Shown here piece by piece: positions 21,043-30,022 of a stretch of DNA of 64,000 nucleotides. The notes beneath the pieces are model-generated. The model saw only the letters and a program-made list of their open reading frames with translations, made no database searches and was not told the DNA's origin. This stretch comes from Bacteroidota bacterium (lineage in GTDB: Bacteria; Bacteroidota; Bacteroidia; Chitinophagales; UBA8649), in NCBI GenBank assembly GCA_002862745.1, contig PKDX01000021.1, forward strand, positions 36,523-100,522. The letters run 5' to 3'. Position 1 is the stretch's first letter. Every line of letters starts with the position of its first letter. The position numbers were made by a program, and so were the translations under genes.

Positions 21043-21634
21043 CCTCGGAAGGTTCAGTAAAAATCTCTGCCTCGACTTGGGCACACAGTAAATGGCCAAA
21101 AAAGAGATGCATTTCCTGAATACGTGCGACATCCTCTGAATCGACAGCATAGGTCACCTCCGTCACACGAAGTAAGTCTGTAGCGCGCTTAGAGGTTAAG
21201 GCCAAGGTTTGCATCCCAAACTCTCCTGCCATCTTTACAGCCCGTAAAATATTGGGAGACGAGCCAGAGGTTGTGAGCACTACAAGGATATCCATAGGCT
21301 GAGCTAAGGCTTGTATTTCTCTTGCAAAAGCCTCCTCGTAGCCGAAATCATTGGAAACCGCAGAAAACATTGATCCACTGCATCCTAAGCAAATCGCAGC
21401 AAGCGGTGGACGATCCATATAAAATCGACCACTGAGCTCTGCGGCAAGATGTTGCGCCTGAGCAAATGACCCCCCGTTACCACAAAAAAAGACCCGTTGT
21501 CCGTTGAGAAGACCTTGAACTATAAGATCTTTTGCTGATTCAAAAACATCCGCATTCTCCTGAGATAACATATCTCTGTAAAGAGCCTCCTTAGATTGAA
21601 TAAGCGCTTCTAAGCGTTCTTTATATCCTTCCAT
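21026..21634 (-). CDS. gmhA: phosphoheptose isomerase (SIS domain)
   Basis: FFCGNGGSFAQAQHLAAEL and LTTSGSSPN SIS blocks. Confidence 0.8.
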   Translation of the reverse strand: MEGYKERLEALIQSKEALYRDMLSQENADVFESAKDLIVQGLLNGQRVFFCGNGGSFAQAQHLAAELSGRFYMDRPPLAAICLGCSGSMFSAVSNDFGYEEAFAREIQALAQPMDILVVLTTSGSSPNILRAVKMAGEFGMQTLALTSKRATDLLRVTEVTYAVDSEDVARIQEMHLFFGHLLCAQVEAEIFTEPSEDVDDE

Positions 21635-21637
21635 AAG

Positions 21638-22678
21638 CTATCTCGATGTTGTATTGTTTTTAGAATAATAATGCTTGACAAATCCATGGGCCTCTTTTCG
21701 GCCGATCATTCGCTGCATCACAGCATACAGAAAACCCATTCCATAGGCAAAAACCTGAATGTTTAAGGTTCCTATGGCTAGTAATCCAACGTCAAGGCGT
21801 CGATATTTAATACTCGCTTGCTTAAAGGCTAAGGCGCATATCCCTCCATGGCCAATTAGTGTGCACCACAGCAACGGACGTAAGCTTGCTATACTCAGTC
21901 CAAGCGTAATCGCCAATACGTAAGACATAACCACAAGAGCTGGCAAGGCATGGATTGGCTTTAACAAGGTTGGATGTCGGCGTTGAAGATTGATGCGCGC
22001 CACGCCCCAATTAAAGATTTGCTTAAAGAATTTCCAAAGATTCGTTCGTCGCTTGTGGTATACAAAGGCTTCACTAATCAAACCCACTGTAAAACCCGCT
22101 TCATAGATTCTCGCACTGTAGTCCATGTCTTGTCCATGGCGAAGGGCATTCATTCCCCCTATGCGATCGTATACCTTTCGGGCAATTCCCATATTGAAGC
22201 TTCTTGGATAAAACTTACCTACACTGCGCTTTCCTCCCCGTGTACCTCCTGTTCCTAAAAAGGAAGTCATACTGTAGTCAATAGCTTTAATCATCGGAGA
22301 AAACGAGGGATGAAAACGATCAGGGCCTCCGAAAGCATCATATCCATGGGTTGAGAGTGCATCATCTACGGCGCTTAACCAATGTGGTGGGAAAAGACAA
22401 TCAGAGTCTACAAAAATGAAATACTCCCCCGCTGCTTTTTGCATCCCATGATTTCTTGCTGCTCCAGGACCTTGATTACTCTGATATGCGCAGGCAATAT
22501 TGAGCGCCGAATTCCTGCTGTACGACGTGATGTATTCTTTAAAACCGTCTGTAGAGCCATCATCCACAAAGAAGATTTCATAACGCGACTTATCAAATGT
22601 CATCTCCTCAGCTGATGCCAAGAGCTCTTTAACTTCGTCAAGACGATTATATACTGCTATGATAAGAGAATACTTCAA
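21638..22678 (-). CDS. glycosyltransferase family 2 with C-terminal membrane domain
   Basis: YSLIIAVYNR, FVDDGSTD and FVDSDC GT-A blocks, followed by 3-4 predicted TM helices. Confidence 0.75.
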   Translation of the reverse strand: MKYSLIIAVYNRLDEVKELLASAEEMTFDKSRYEIFFVDDGSTDGFKEYITSYSRNSALNIACAYQSNQGPGAARNHGMQKAAGEYFIFVDSDCLFPPHWLSAVDDALSTHGYDAFGGPDRFHPSFSPMIKAIDYSMTSFLGTGGTRGGKRSVGKFYPRSFNMGIARKVYDRIGGMNALRHGQDMDYSARIYEAGFTVGLISEAFVYHKRRTNLWKFFKQIFNWGVARINLQRRHPTLLKPIHALPALVVMSYVLAITLGLSIASLRPLLWCTLIGHGGICALAFKQASIKYRRLDVGLLAIGTLNIQVFAYGMGFLYAVMQRMIGRKEAHGFVKHYYSKNNTTSR

Positions 22679-22842
22679 CGGTTACTTTCCATGATTTTCA
22701 TCCACTTGACAGTAAGGCTTAGTCTTGCCATGCTGTAAGCAATTGTAGACCAAAAATACTATTTGAAGTCTATTGGGTGAAGACGAGTTGTGGATTGATA
22801 TACCCCGAGCATTGTGTACCTTTAAAATTCAAGAGAATCTCT

Positions 22843-25353
22843 ATGCACATACTTCAACGCATTCTACCCTATTTTATCGGTCTGTTAACTTTATTGGCGC
22901 TGAGCTATTTCATCTCTAGTCCAGAGCATGAAGGAAAAGTAATCACAGGATCAGACACCATCCAATCTTCTGCTAAAATCAAGCAGATTATGGACTACCA
23001 AGAAAAAAATGGTGAACGAAGTTATTGGAACCCAGCTCAGTTTGGTGGGAGTCCGATTTATCTCCTAAAGTTAGGACAAGAAAAAAGTGCACTTCACGTG
23101 GTGAATCAGACCTTGCGTAAATCCATGACCCGAGTATGGTATCACTTTTTTATTACCGGATTGTTTATGTATATCGCGCTTTGTCTCCTGCGCATTAATC
23201 CCTGGGTAAGCTTGGCACTTGCCTCAGCCGCCATGCTCACAACCAATGTTTATATTTTGCTGGTCACAGGGCATTTTGCCAAAGTGGCAACGCTTGCACC
23301 CCTTCCCATGCTTGTCGCAGGAGTTATTGCTGCGTTTAGAAAAGACTATATCGCTGGATTTGCAGGCACCTTTTTAGGCTTAGCTTTCGCCATTTTACTA
23401 CTCCACCCCCAAATGGTATACTACACGGTGCTTGGTCTTACACTCACCGGCCTTGTCTTACTTGTCAAAACAGGCATGGAGAAAGAATGGGTACACCTCG
23501 GAAAGACTTTGGGCGTATTAGTTTTTGCAGGAATTCTTGGTGGCTTAGCAAACTATTCCCACTTAAAATCGTCTCAGGATTTTGCCAAGTCCACCATGCG
23601 TGGAGGAGCGATTTTAGAGAGCGAAACTGCACCTGAAGGTCTGGCCTGGGATTATGCCATGAGCTGGAGTTATGGCAACCTCGATCTTTTTAACCTCATC
23701 ATTCCAAGAGTTGTGGGCGGTTCAAGTCAAGAAGCTATCGCATTTGAATCTGGAGCCTTCAAACAATGGAGTGAAGATTATCCACAAGTTGCGCAGAGTT
23801 TAAAGACGGGTAGGTTAAACGATGCTCAAAACAACGCATCACTCAACCCAGAAGTCATCGAGCTACCCACCTATTGGGGACCTATGAATATGAGCACGGC
23901 TGGACCGATGTACTTTGGCGCGGGCCTATGGATTTTGCTTGTATTTGCTGTTACGATGGCTGTCCTCCATAAAGGTCGCTATGGATTGGAGGTATTAGCA
24001 CTCTCACTTGGAGCCTTTATGATTATACTATTTGCCCTAGGAAGCAATGCTAAAGGATTCAATGAATTCTTTTTTAACAACGTTCCATTGTTTGACAAAT
24101 GGCGTTCACCTAGTGCTGCATTAGCCATTGCTGCCATGATTTTTACCGTAATCAGTGGTCTAGGTATTCAACGACTATTGGACATGGAGGATAGAAAAAG
24201 TTTACAACCCATAGTCATACGTACCGCGATTATTGGAGCAGGACTCTTTGTAGTCTTTGCGGCACTAGGCAGTGAATTCTTCAAGTTTGCAACTGGCATG
24301 CAAGGAGCTAGTGAAGCGGGATATAATGAGCCACTGTTTGTTGACCTTCGCAAGGCGCTGATGACAAGTGATGCATGGAGATCCTTTATGGTATCCATTC
24401 CTGTCCTTGGTATGCTTTCACTTCTGATATTTCAGCCTAAACGTAAAGAATTAACCTATGCCTTTGCGGGAGTTGTCGGTCTAATTATGGTCTTCGACCT
24501 CGTCAGTGTAGGTAATCGCTACCTCGATGACTACGATTATCTCGAGGAAAGTGAATTCTTAGCAGACCTAGCACCCAATGCCAACGATAAAAAGATCTAC
24601 AGTATAGAAGGAGAGAATCGCCAGGGATTCTACCGTGTACTTGACTTGAGCACCAATACATTTAATGACGCAATACCTTCGGCAAAGCATTACCAAGTCG
24701 GAGGGTATGATCCTGCCAAACTTCGGAGAATTCAGGATGTCATTGAGAGTCAAGCGTTGTTCTCGCCTGAAGTATTAGGCATGTTCAATGTTAGGCATGT
24801 CATTCTGCAAGATGGGCAACTCCTATCCTTTGGGGAAGAACCAATGTTCACACAATACGTCGTAGAACCTAAATCTGCTTGGTTTGTAAATGAGATACTT
24901 CCTGTTGAGCGTCCTGAACAAGAAATTCAAGCACTGAAAGAAGCTAGCTTCCAACATCTTAATTCAGCCATTTTAAACACAAAGGATTTTGGCACTTCGT
25001 ATACCGCGGGATCGGATACCGCAGGAAGTATTGAACTTGTAGAAGCTGAGCCCAACCGTCTTGTCTACAAGTCCTCTTCAACCGAAGATGAGTTTGCCGT
25101 GTTTTCTGAAGTTTGGTATGGAGGAAATCCCGATTGGGTAGTAAAAATCGATGGAAAAAAAGCAGACTTTATCCGCGTAAACTATATTTTACGAGGGATG
25201 GAGGTGCCTGCTGGAGACCATGAAATTGTCTTTGAGTTTAAACCCAAACCAAGTGGTGGCGGAATTACCTTAAGTGCTTCACTTTTAGGATTACTGCTGG
25301 TCCTTGGAGGGGGTGGATGGGTTTTCTACCAAGAAATCAAAGAAAAAGCATAG
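22843..25353 (+). CDS. YfhO-like polytopic membrane protein (putative GT-C type glycosyltransferase)
   Basis: About 836 aa from ATG 22843. Many TM helices in the N-terminal two-thirds, a soluble C-terminal region and a final TM. Architecture and size are as in the YfhO family. Called from family recollection only. Confidence 0.6.
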   Translation: MHILQRILPYFIGLLTLLALSYFISSPEHEGKVITGSDTIQSSAKIKQIMDYQEKNGERSYWNPAQFGGSPIYLLKLGQEKSALHVVNQTLRKSMTRVWYHFFITGLFMYIALCLLRINPWVSLALASAAMLTTNVYILLVTGHFAKVATLAPLPMLVAGVIAAFRKDYIAGFAGTFLGLAFAILLLHPQMVYYTVLGLTLTGLVLLVKTGMEKEWVHLGKTLGVLVFAGILGGLANYSHLKSSQDFAKSTMRGGAILESETAPEGLAWDYAMSWSYGNLDLFNLIIPRVVGGSSQEAIAFESGAFKQWSEDYPQVAQSLKTGRLNDAQNNASLNPEVIELPTYWGPMNMSTAGPMYFGAGLWILLVFAVTMAVLHKGRYGLEVLALSLGAFMIILFALGSNAKGFNEFFFNNVPLFDKWRSPSAALAIAAMIFTVISGLGIQRLLDMEDRKSLQPIVIRTAIIGAGLFVVFAALGSEFFKFATGMQGASEAGYNEPLFVDLRKALMTSDAWRSFMVSIPVLGMLSLLIFQPKRKELTYAFAGVVGLIMVFDLVSVGNRYLDDYDYLEESEFLADLAPNANDKKIYSIEGENRQGFYRVLDLSTNTFNDAIPSAKHYQVGGYDPAKLRRIQDVIESQALFSPEVLGMFNVRHVILQDGQLLSFGEEPMFTQYVVEPKSAWFVNEILPVERPEQEIQALKEASFQHLNSAILNTKDFGTSYTAGSDTAGSIELVEAEPNRLVYKSSSTEDEFAVFSEVWYGGNPDWVVKIDGKKADFIRVNYILRGMEVPAGDHEIVFEFKPKPSGGGITLSASLLGLLLVLGGGGWVFYQEIKEKA

Positions 25354-25377
25354 CATTGCTCCTACGCCCTTGAAGCC

Positions 25378-26364
25378 TTACACTTCCTCCTCTATCAAAT
25401 AGTTATTTCGATCAGGGGATGAACGAGCGATAAGTTCGGAAAGATATCCTGCTAGAAAGAGTTGGCTCCCTAAAATCATAGCGAGGATAGCACCGAAGAA
25501 TAGCGGGTTGTCCGTGACCAGACGGGCTGGCTCCTCCCAGACGTAGAGGTGCAACGCTTTGTCGATGATTAACCAAAAGAACATCACAAAGCCAAGAAAA
25601 AAGAAAAACAGCCCCCACGAGCCAAAGAAATGCATAGGCTTCTTGCGAAACTTGGAGATAAACAGTACAGAAAGGAGGTCTAATGGTCCATTGATAAAAC
25701 GCCGTAATCCAAATTTAGATACGCCATATTTTCTGGCTTGGTGCTGCACGACCTTCTCCCCTATTTTATCAAAACCTGCTTGGGCAGCCATAACAGGAAT
25801 GTAACGGTGCATATCACCATATAGCTCAACCGACTGAACTACGCGGCGTTTATATGCCTTGAGTCCACAATTCATATCGTGGAGCTTGACGCCGGACATC
25901 CAACCAGTAAATCTATTGTATATTTTCGTGGGAATCGTCTTAGATAGGGGGTCGTGACGCACTTTTTTCCAGCCTGAAACAAGATCATAGCTCTCTTCGG
26001 TAACCATTCGATATAATTCAGGAATCTCCTCTGGACTGTCCTGTAAATCAGCATCCATGGTAACAACTACATCACCCCTTACACGCCCAAAGCCAATTTG
26101 AAGGGCCGCTGACTTTCCGTAGTTTCTTTGGAAACGAATTCCTTTTATGATTGTAGGGTATTGCTTGTTAAGTTCCTCTATAATCTGCCAAGAACTGTCC
26201 GTGCTACCATCATCAATAAAAAGGACTTCGTAGCTAAAATCATTCGCTAAAGAAGCATGAATCCATTCCATTAACTCCCTCAAGGATTCCTCCTCATTGA
26301 GTAACGGGATAACAATTGAGATGTTTACGCTTGATGTATCAGCCATTGCTATGATATTCTGCAT
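25378..26364 (-). CDS. polyprenyl-phosphate glycosyltransferase (GT2, GtrB/ArnC/DPM1-like)
   Basis: ISIVIPLLNEE, FIDDGSTDSS and TMDADLQD GT-A blocks plus two C-terminal TM helices. An alternative start lies at 26346. Confidence 0.75.
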   Translation of the reverse strand: MQNIIAMADTSSVNISIVIPLLNEEESLRELMEWIHASLANDFSYEVLFIDDGSTDSSWQIIEELNKQYPTIIKGIRFQRNYGKSAALQIGFGRVRGDVVVTMDADLQDSPEEIPELYRMVTEESYDLVSGWKKVRHDPLSKTIPTKIYNRFTGWMSGVKLHDMNCGLKAYKRRVVQSVELYGDMHRYIPVMAAQAGFDKIGEKVVQHQARKYGVSKFGLRRFINGPLDLLSVLFISKFRKKPMHFFGSWGLFFFFLGFVMFFWLIIDKALHLYVWEEPARLVTDNPLFFGAILAMILGSQLFLAGYLSELIARSSPDRNNYLIEEEV

Positions 26365-27631
26365 TTACAAAAACTCCAGGTACATACCAAGATGGTCCCG
26401 ACGAAGATCGATGAATGTTATACGCTATTGATCGCGCATGGCCTTGAAGGGTACCAGAACTGTTTCTTGAAGCAAGAAAGGTAAAATCTGCTGTATTCCC
26501 CACCTCAATTACAGCATCGTCCAAGGCTAACACATTCCGTGCATTACGACTTAGCACATTAACAAGGTGGTCAAAATCGAAACGATCCATTGTAGTAAGC
26601 CAATCCGTAATTCCGAAATCTAAGGTCGCCATACCCGATGCAGCATAACCGAATTCGACTTCTTTATCTTCGATTGAACGGGGTTGGTGATACGATGTAA
26701 TCATCCCCTTGAAATCTTTGGACATTACCTTGGCACAAAGCGCTTTTTGTGTTGCTGCATCTTGCCAAGGTGGAGAAATCTTAAAGTGGCTGTCGAAATC
26801 CTTCAAACATTCCTCATGATGCAACAAATAAGGCAGACCTACAGAAAAACTAAGATCTGAGCCTGAAGCCATAGCTTCTTGCCAAAGATCAATCGCAGCT
26901 GGACTGGTTAGGCAAAGAACATGCAACATGCCGCTTGTATAGTTATGAAGTTCCAAAAGTCTTTTTACGGCGTAGGTTTCTGCAATATTGGGAATTGTGG
27001 GCAATCCAAGCCCAGCAGAAAAAGCAGTTTCATAGACAAGACCATCTTGACGCAATGAAGGAATGTCCGTTGAACAGCCTATACGAACTCCTGCAGCCTT
27101 ACCATACTGCATCGAAGTGATCATTGGCCCCTCCTCAAGATAGGTATCAAAGCCATTGGTAAAGAGTCTAGCACCAGCATCTCTCATTTCGTAGACTGCC
27201 GTTGGTCCGTTGTCCTTATCCGTTATCGATACGTGAGGAATGATTCGAATTGCAGCATCCTTGCTTAATTGTTGAAGGGATCGAAAATGCTCAACAGTCT
27301 GTGTTACAGGTTGTAAGCTAGGCATCAATCCCAAGGTGGTAAACCCGCCATGTATTGCGCTTTGGCTAAGGCTTTTAAATGTTTCTCTAGCCTCAAAACC
27401 TGGCTCCCCTCCTTCGACATGGGGATCAACCCAACCCGGCATTACATTGACTTCAGAAAGAGACTCCGAATTGAAGGGAACCTCCATACTAGGATCATAT
27501 CCGGATAATTCAGGAGCAATTTGGGTTATACTACCCTCTTCAACTTGGATGTCTACTTTTTGATTATGCCAAGTTGATTGCGGATCGCGGATCACGACCT
27601 TTTTAAAGACATATGATTTTTGCTCTTTCAC
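26339..27631 (-). CDS. dihydroorotase-like amidohydrolase-fold protein, probably non-catalytic
   Basis: 430 aa with a DHOase-like layout. The canonical HxH is H-V-E here (DPHVEGG) and the DHAP aspartate region reads SYHQP. Confidence 0.65.
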   Translation of the reverse strand: MKEQKSYVFKKVVIRDPQSTWHNQKVDIQVEEGSITQIAPELSGYDPSMEVPFNSESLSEVNVMPGWVDPHVEGGEPGFEARETFKSLSQSAIHGGFTTLGLMPSLQPVTQTVEHFRSLQQLSKDAAIRIIPHVSITDKDNGPTAVYEMRDAGARLFTNGFDTYLEEGPMITSMQYGKAAGVRIGCSTDIPSLRQDGLVYETAFSAGLGLPTIPNIAETYAVKRLLELHNYTSGMLHVLCLTSPAAIDLWQEAMASGSDLSFSVGLPYLLHHEECLKDFDSHFKISPPWQDAATQKALCAKVMSKDFKGMITSYHQPRSIEDKEVEFGYAASGMATLDFGITDWLTTMDRFDFDHLVNVLSRNARNVLALDDAVIEVGNTADFTFLASRNSSGTLQGHARSIAYNIHRSSSGPSWYVPGVFVNAEYHSNG

Positions 27632-27671
27632 AAACTCAACTCAAAAGTACAAAAGCCTTTATCAATTTGCT

Positions 27672-29675
27672 TTACGACCTTGAAAACAATCGCACGATGA
27701 GCGTTTCACCTAGAAGGCTAACCAATACAATAAGTAAAATCCATCGCCATAGACCATCGCCGTGATCAGAGGATTCAGTGCGCTTTATCATATCTTCTCC
27801 ACTGCGTAGAGTTACACTTGAAGAAGCTAGCCAAGAAGAAAGTTCATCGACAGTCCAGAATGATGAATCGGCTTCTGCCCTTGAAAGAGCACAGCCCATC
27901 ACAAACCGCTTCGAAGAATTTTGATATCCTAACAAATGACCTGGCACCACCCCATCCATTGCACAGACTAAACCATCATTGGACTTGGACTGCCTTGGAA
28001 TCCATGCTTTGGTCAAGGTCCTAAACTCGACAGGTGATTCAGCATCCACCATGGTATTCGGCAAACTAAACTTCGCCTGATATTCAAGCCGCTTGTAGGC
28101 GGGAAAGTCCGAGGCATCTACCATGGCCATCCTGTATAACAGAGGAGCAAACAATGGATCCTCCATAAGATTACTTGATTTCTTATCAATAGACGAAGTA
28201 AACACATACGATGCTCCTTTTGCGCTTTGACATGAATACAGCAAAACATCCCCCTTTAACGTAGTATAAATAGGCGTCGTACGCAGGGCAGATGTACTTC
28301 GCCAAGTCAAGCCATCATATACTTCGGGGAATCTAGAACGAACGGCCTTACCTCTCAGTACACCATCCAACAGATAATGTGATGTATTCAGCTCATTCAC
28401 CTTGCCGCGGTAAGGATAGGCATCCTCAAGTGGAATATCCCATTGAGCGAAGGCATCATCATAACTTGCTGCATCCATTGAAGCAGATGGCAAGATGATT
28501 AGACGCAATCCCTTATTCCTTAGGTTTCCTATTTGATCAATCTGCGCTTGAGTAAAGGCCCTAACAGATTCTAAGATGATCACCTCATAATCCGCATAGA
28601 AAGAGGAATTTTTGGCCATAAACCCTGCCAGACTAGTTTGCCCAATAGTGAAATCACTAACCGATTTCAAGGCTTTAATACTCTTGGGGAAAGGATCTTC
28701 GGAAACCACCAAGATATCGATCAACTCAGGCAGATAAATTCCTAGTGGGATCAAATTATTGTATTGATTTGGATCATTTCGTAACGCAAAGGTGAGACTT
28801 AACCAACCCGTATCCCTCACTTCAATTTCCAAGGTATCCATAAACAACCCCATGGTATCCATGGGTATATACAATGAATCGAGGGTAACACTCCCATAAC
28901 TTAATGCAACTTGACTCGCTATATCCCCTCGATGAATTTGTAATGCAAAGGCCAAAGACCCCGAGCGATAATCTACCGTTGGACGATCAACCCACCATAC
29001 ACTATCAATTGTAGCGGCATCCTTAGAGGATAATGATGATTCCTGAATAAATAGATCAACTGGAAGCGAATCAATTCCTGGAATGGTATCAAGAAAATTA
29101 CGCTGACCGTCGGTAAAAATCTTGATTGAAAGATCTAAGCTATCTCTAAAGGGAAGGATTTCTTGCCAGCGGTCATTCAAGGATCGCGCAAAAGGTACAG
29201 GCTCCATTGAGCGTAAGAGTGAAATCGCTGAATCCTTACCATACCAAAGGTTAGGATCAAAGACTTCCTCGTGACCTAAGAGTTGAAATCGCTGGTCGCC
29301 ACTGCTCTTATTAATATACACAGTGAGGTCCTCTATGGTCTGGTCATACAATGAGGCCTCCCCATCATACATACTTAAAGAATTATCAATCCATAGGATT
29401 TCATGAAGAGCAATATCGTCAACCAATGGATTGTCTTCATCAAATACAGGCTGAGCAAAAGCCATAACTACGAAGAAGATTGCAGTCATCCTCAAGAATA
29501 GCAACAGAAGTCTCTTTAGATTACTCTTTGTCGAGCGCTGTTCCTCCATTTGAGAAAGCAAACGCACATCGGAGAAATACACCGTGGTATACCTCCTAAA
29601 GTGGAATAAATGCACCAATATTGGAATGCTCAATGCCAATAGCCCCCATAATGCCGTTGGATTAATGAAGGTCAT
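27672..29675 (-). CDS. BatA-domain (N-terminal double-transmembrane) protein
   Basis: N-terminus MTFINPTALWGLLALSIPILVHLFHFRR is typical of the aerotolerance BatA N-terminal domain. A C-terminal TM is also present. Confidence 0.6.
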   Translation of the reverse strand: MTFINPTALWGLLALSIPILVHLFHFRRYTTVYFSDVRLLSQMEEQRSTKSNLKRLLLLFLRMTAIFFVVMAFAQPVFDEDNPLVDDIALHEILWIDNSLSMYDGEASLYDQTIEDLTVYINKSSGDQRFQLLGHEEVFDPNLWYGKDSAISLLRSMEPVPFARSLNDRWQEILPFRDSLDLSIKIFTDGQRNFLDTIPGIDSLPVDLFIQESSLSSKDAATIDSVWWVDRPTVDYRSGSLAFALQIHRGDIASQVALSYGSVTLDSLYIPMDTMGLFMDTLEIEVRDTGWLSLTFALRNDPNQYNNLIPLGIYLPELIDILVVSEDPFPKSIKALKSVSDFTIGQTSLAGFMAKNSSFYADYEVIILESVRAFTQAQIDQIGNLRNKGLRLIILPSASMDAASYDDAFAQWDIPLEDAYPYRGKVNELNTSHYLLDGVLRGKAVRSRFPEVYDGLTWRSTSALRTTPIYTTLKGDVLLYSCQSAKGASYVFTSSIDKKSSNLMEDPLFAPLLYRMAMVDASDFPAYKRLEYQAKFSLPNTMVDAESPVEFRTLTKAWIPRQSKSNDGLVCAMDGVVPGHLLGYQNSSKRFVMGCALSRAEADSSFWTVDELSSWLASSSVTLRSGEDMIKRTESSDHGDGLWRWILLIVLVSLLGETLIVRLFSRS

Positions 29676-29680
29676 TGTTC

Positions 29681-30016
29681 TTAAGCTTCAGCAGTAGGCC
29701 CTAAATTAATGTCAGGTGTATCGGATCCACTATCAATCGCTCCATGTTGATTCTCATATCGGCTTACATTCTCAGCTAGAGCATGCGCCAATCGCTTGGC
29801 ATGTTCCGGCGTCATAATAACCCTAGACTTTACCTTGGCTTTTGGCAAACCGGGTAAAATTCTTATAAAATCAAAGACAAAGTCCGACTTAGAGTGCGCA
29901 ATCATGGCAAGATTAGCGTATTCGCCATCGACAACCTCTTCAGGTACCTCGATGTTTATGCGGTTGTTACCCATTTCTAAAGTGCGATCCTCCTGGTCTT
30001 TTTCCTTCATAGTCAC
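29681..30016 (-). CDS. DUF3467-family protein
   Basis: 111 aa. The block GEYANLAMIAHSKSDFVFDFIRILPG..KAKVKSRVIMTPEHAKRL matches this family. It sits downstream of rpoC, as is usual in Bacteroidota. Confidence 0.75.
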   Translation of the reverse strand: MTMKEKDQEDRTLEMGNNRINIEVPEEVVDGEYANLAMIAHSKSDFVFDFIRILPGLPKAKVKSRVIMTPEHAKRLAHALAENVSRYENQHGAIDSGSDTPDINLGPTAEA

Positions 30017-30022
30017 GTGATT

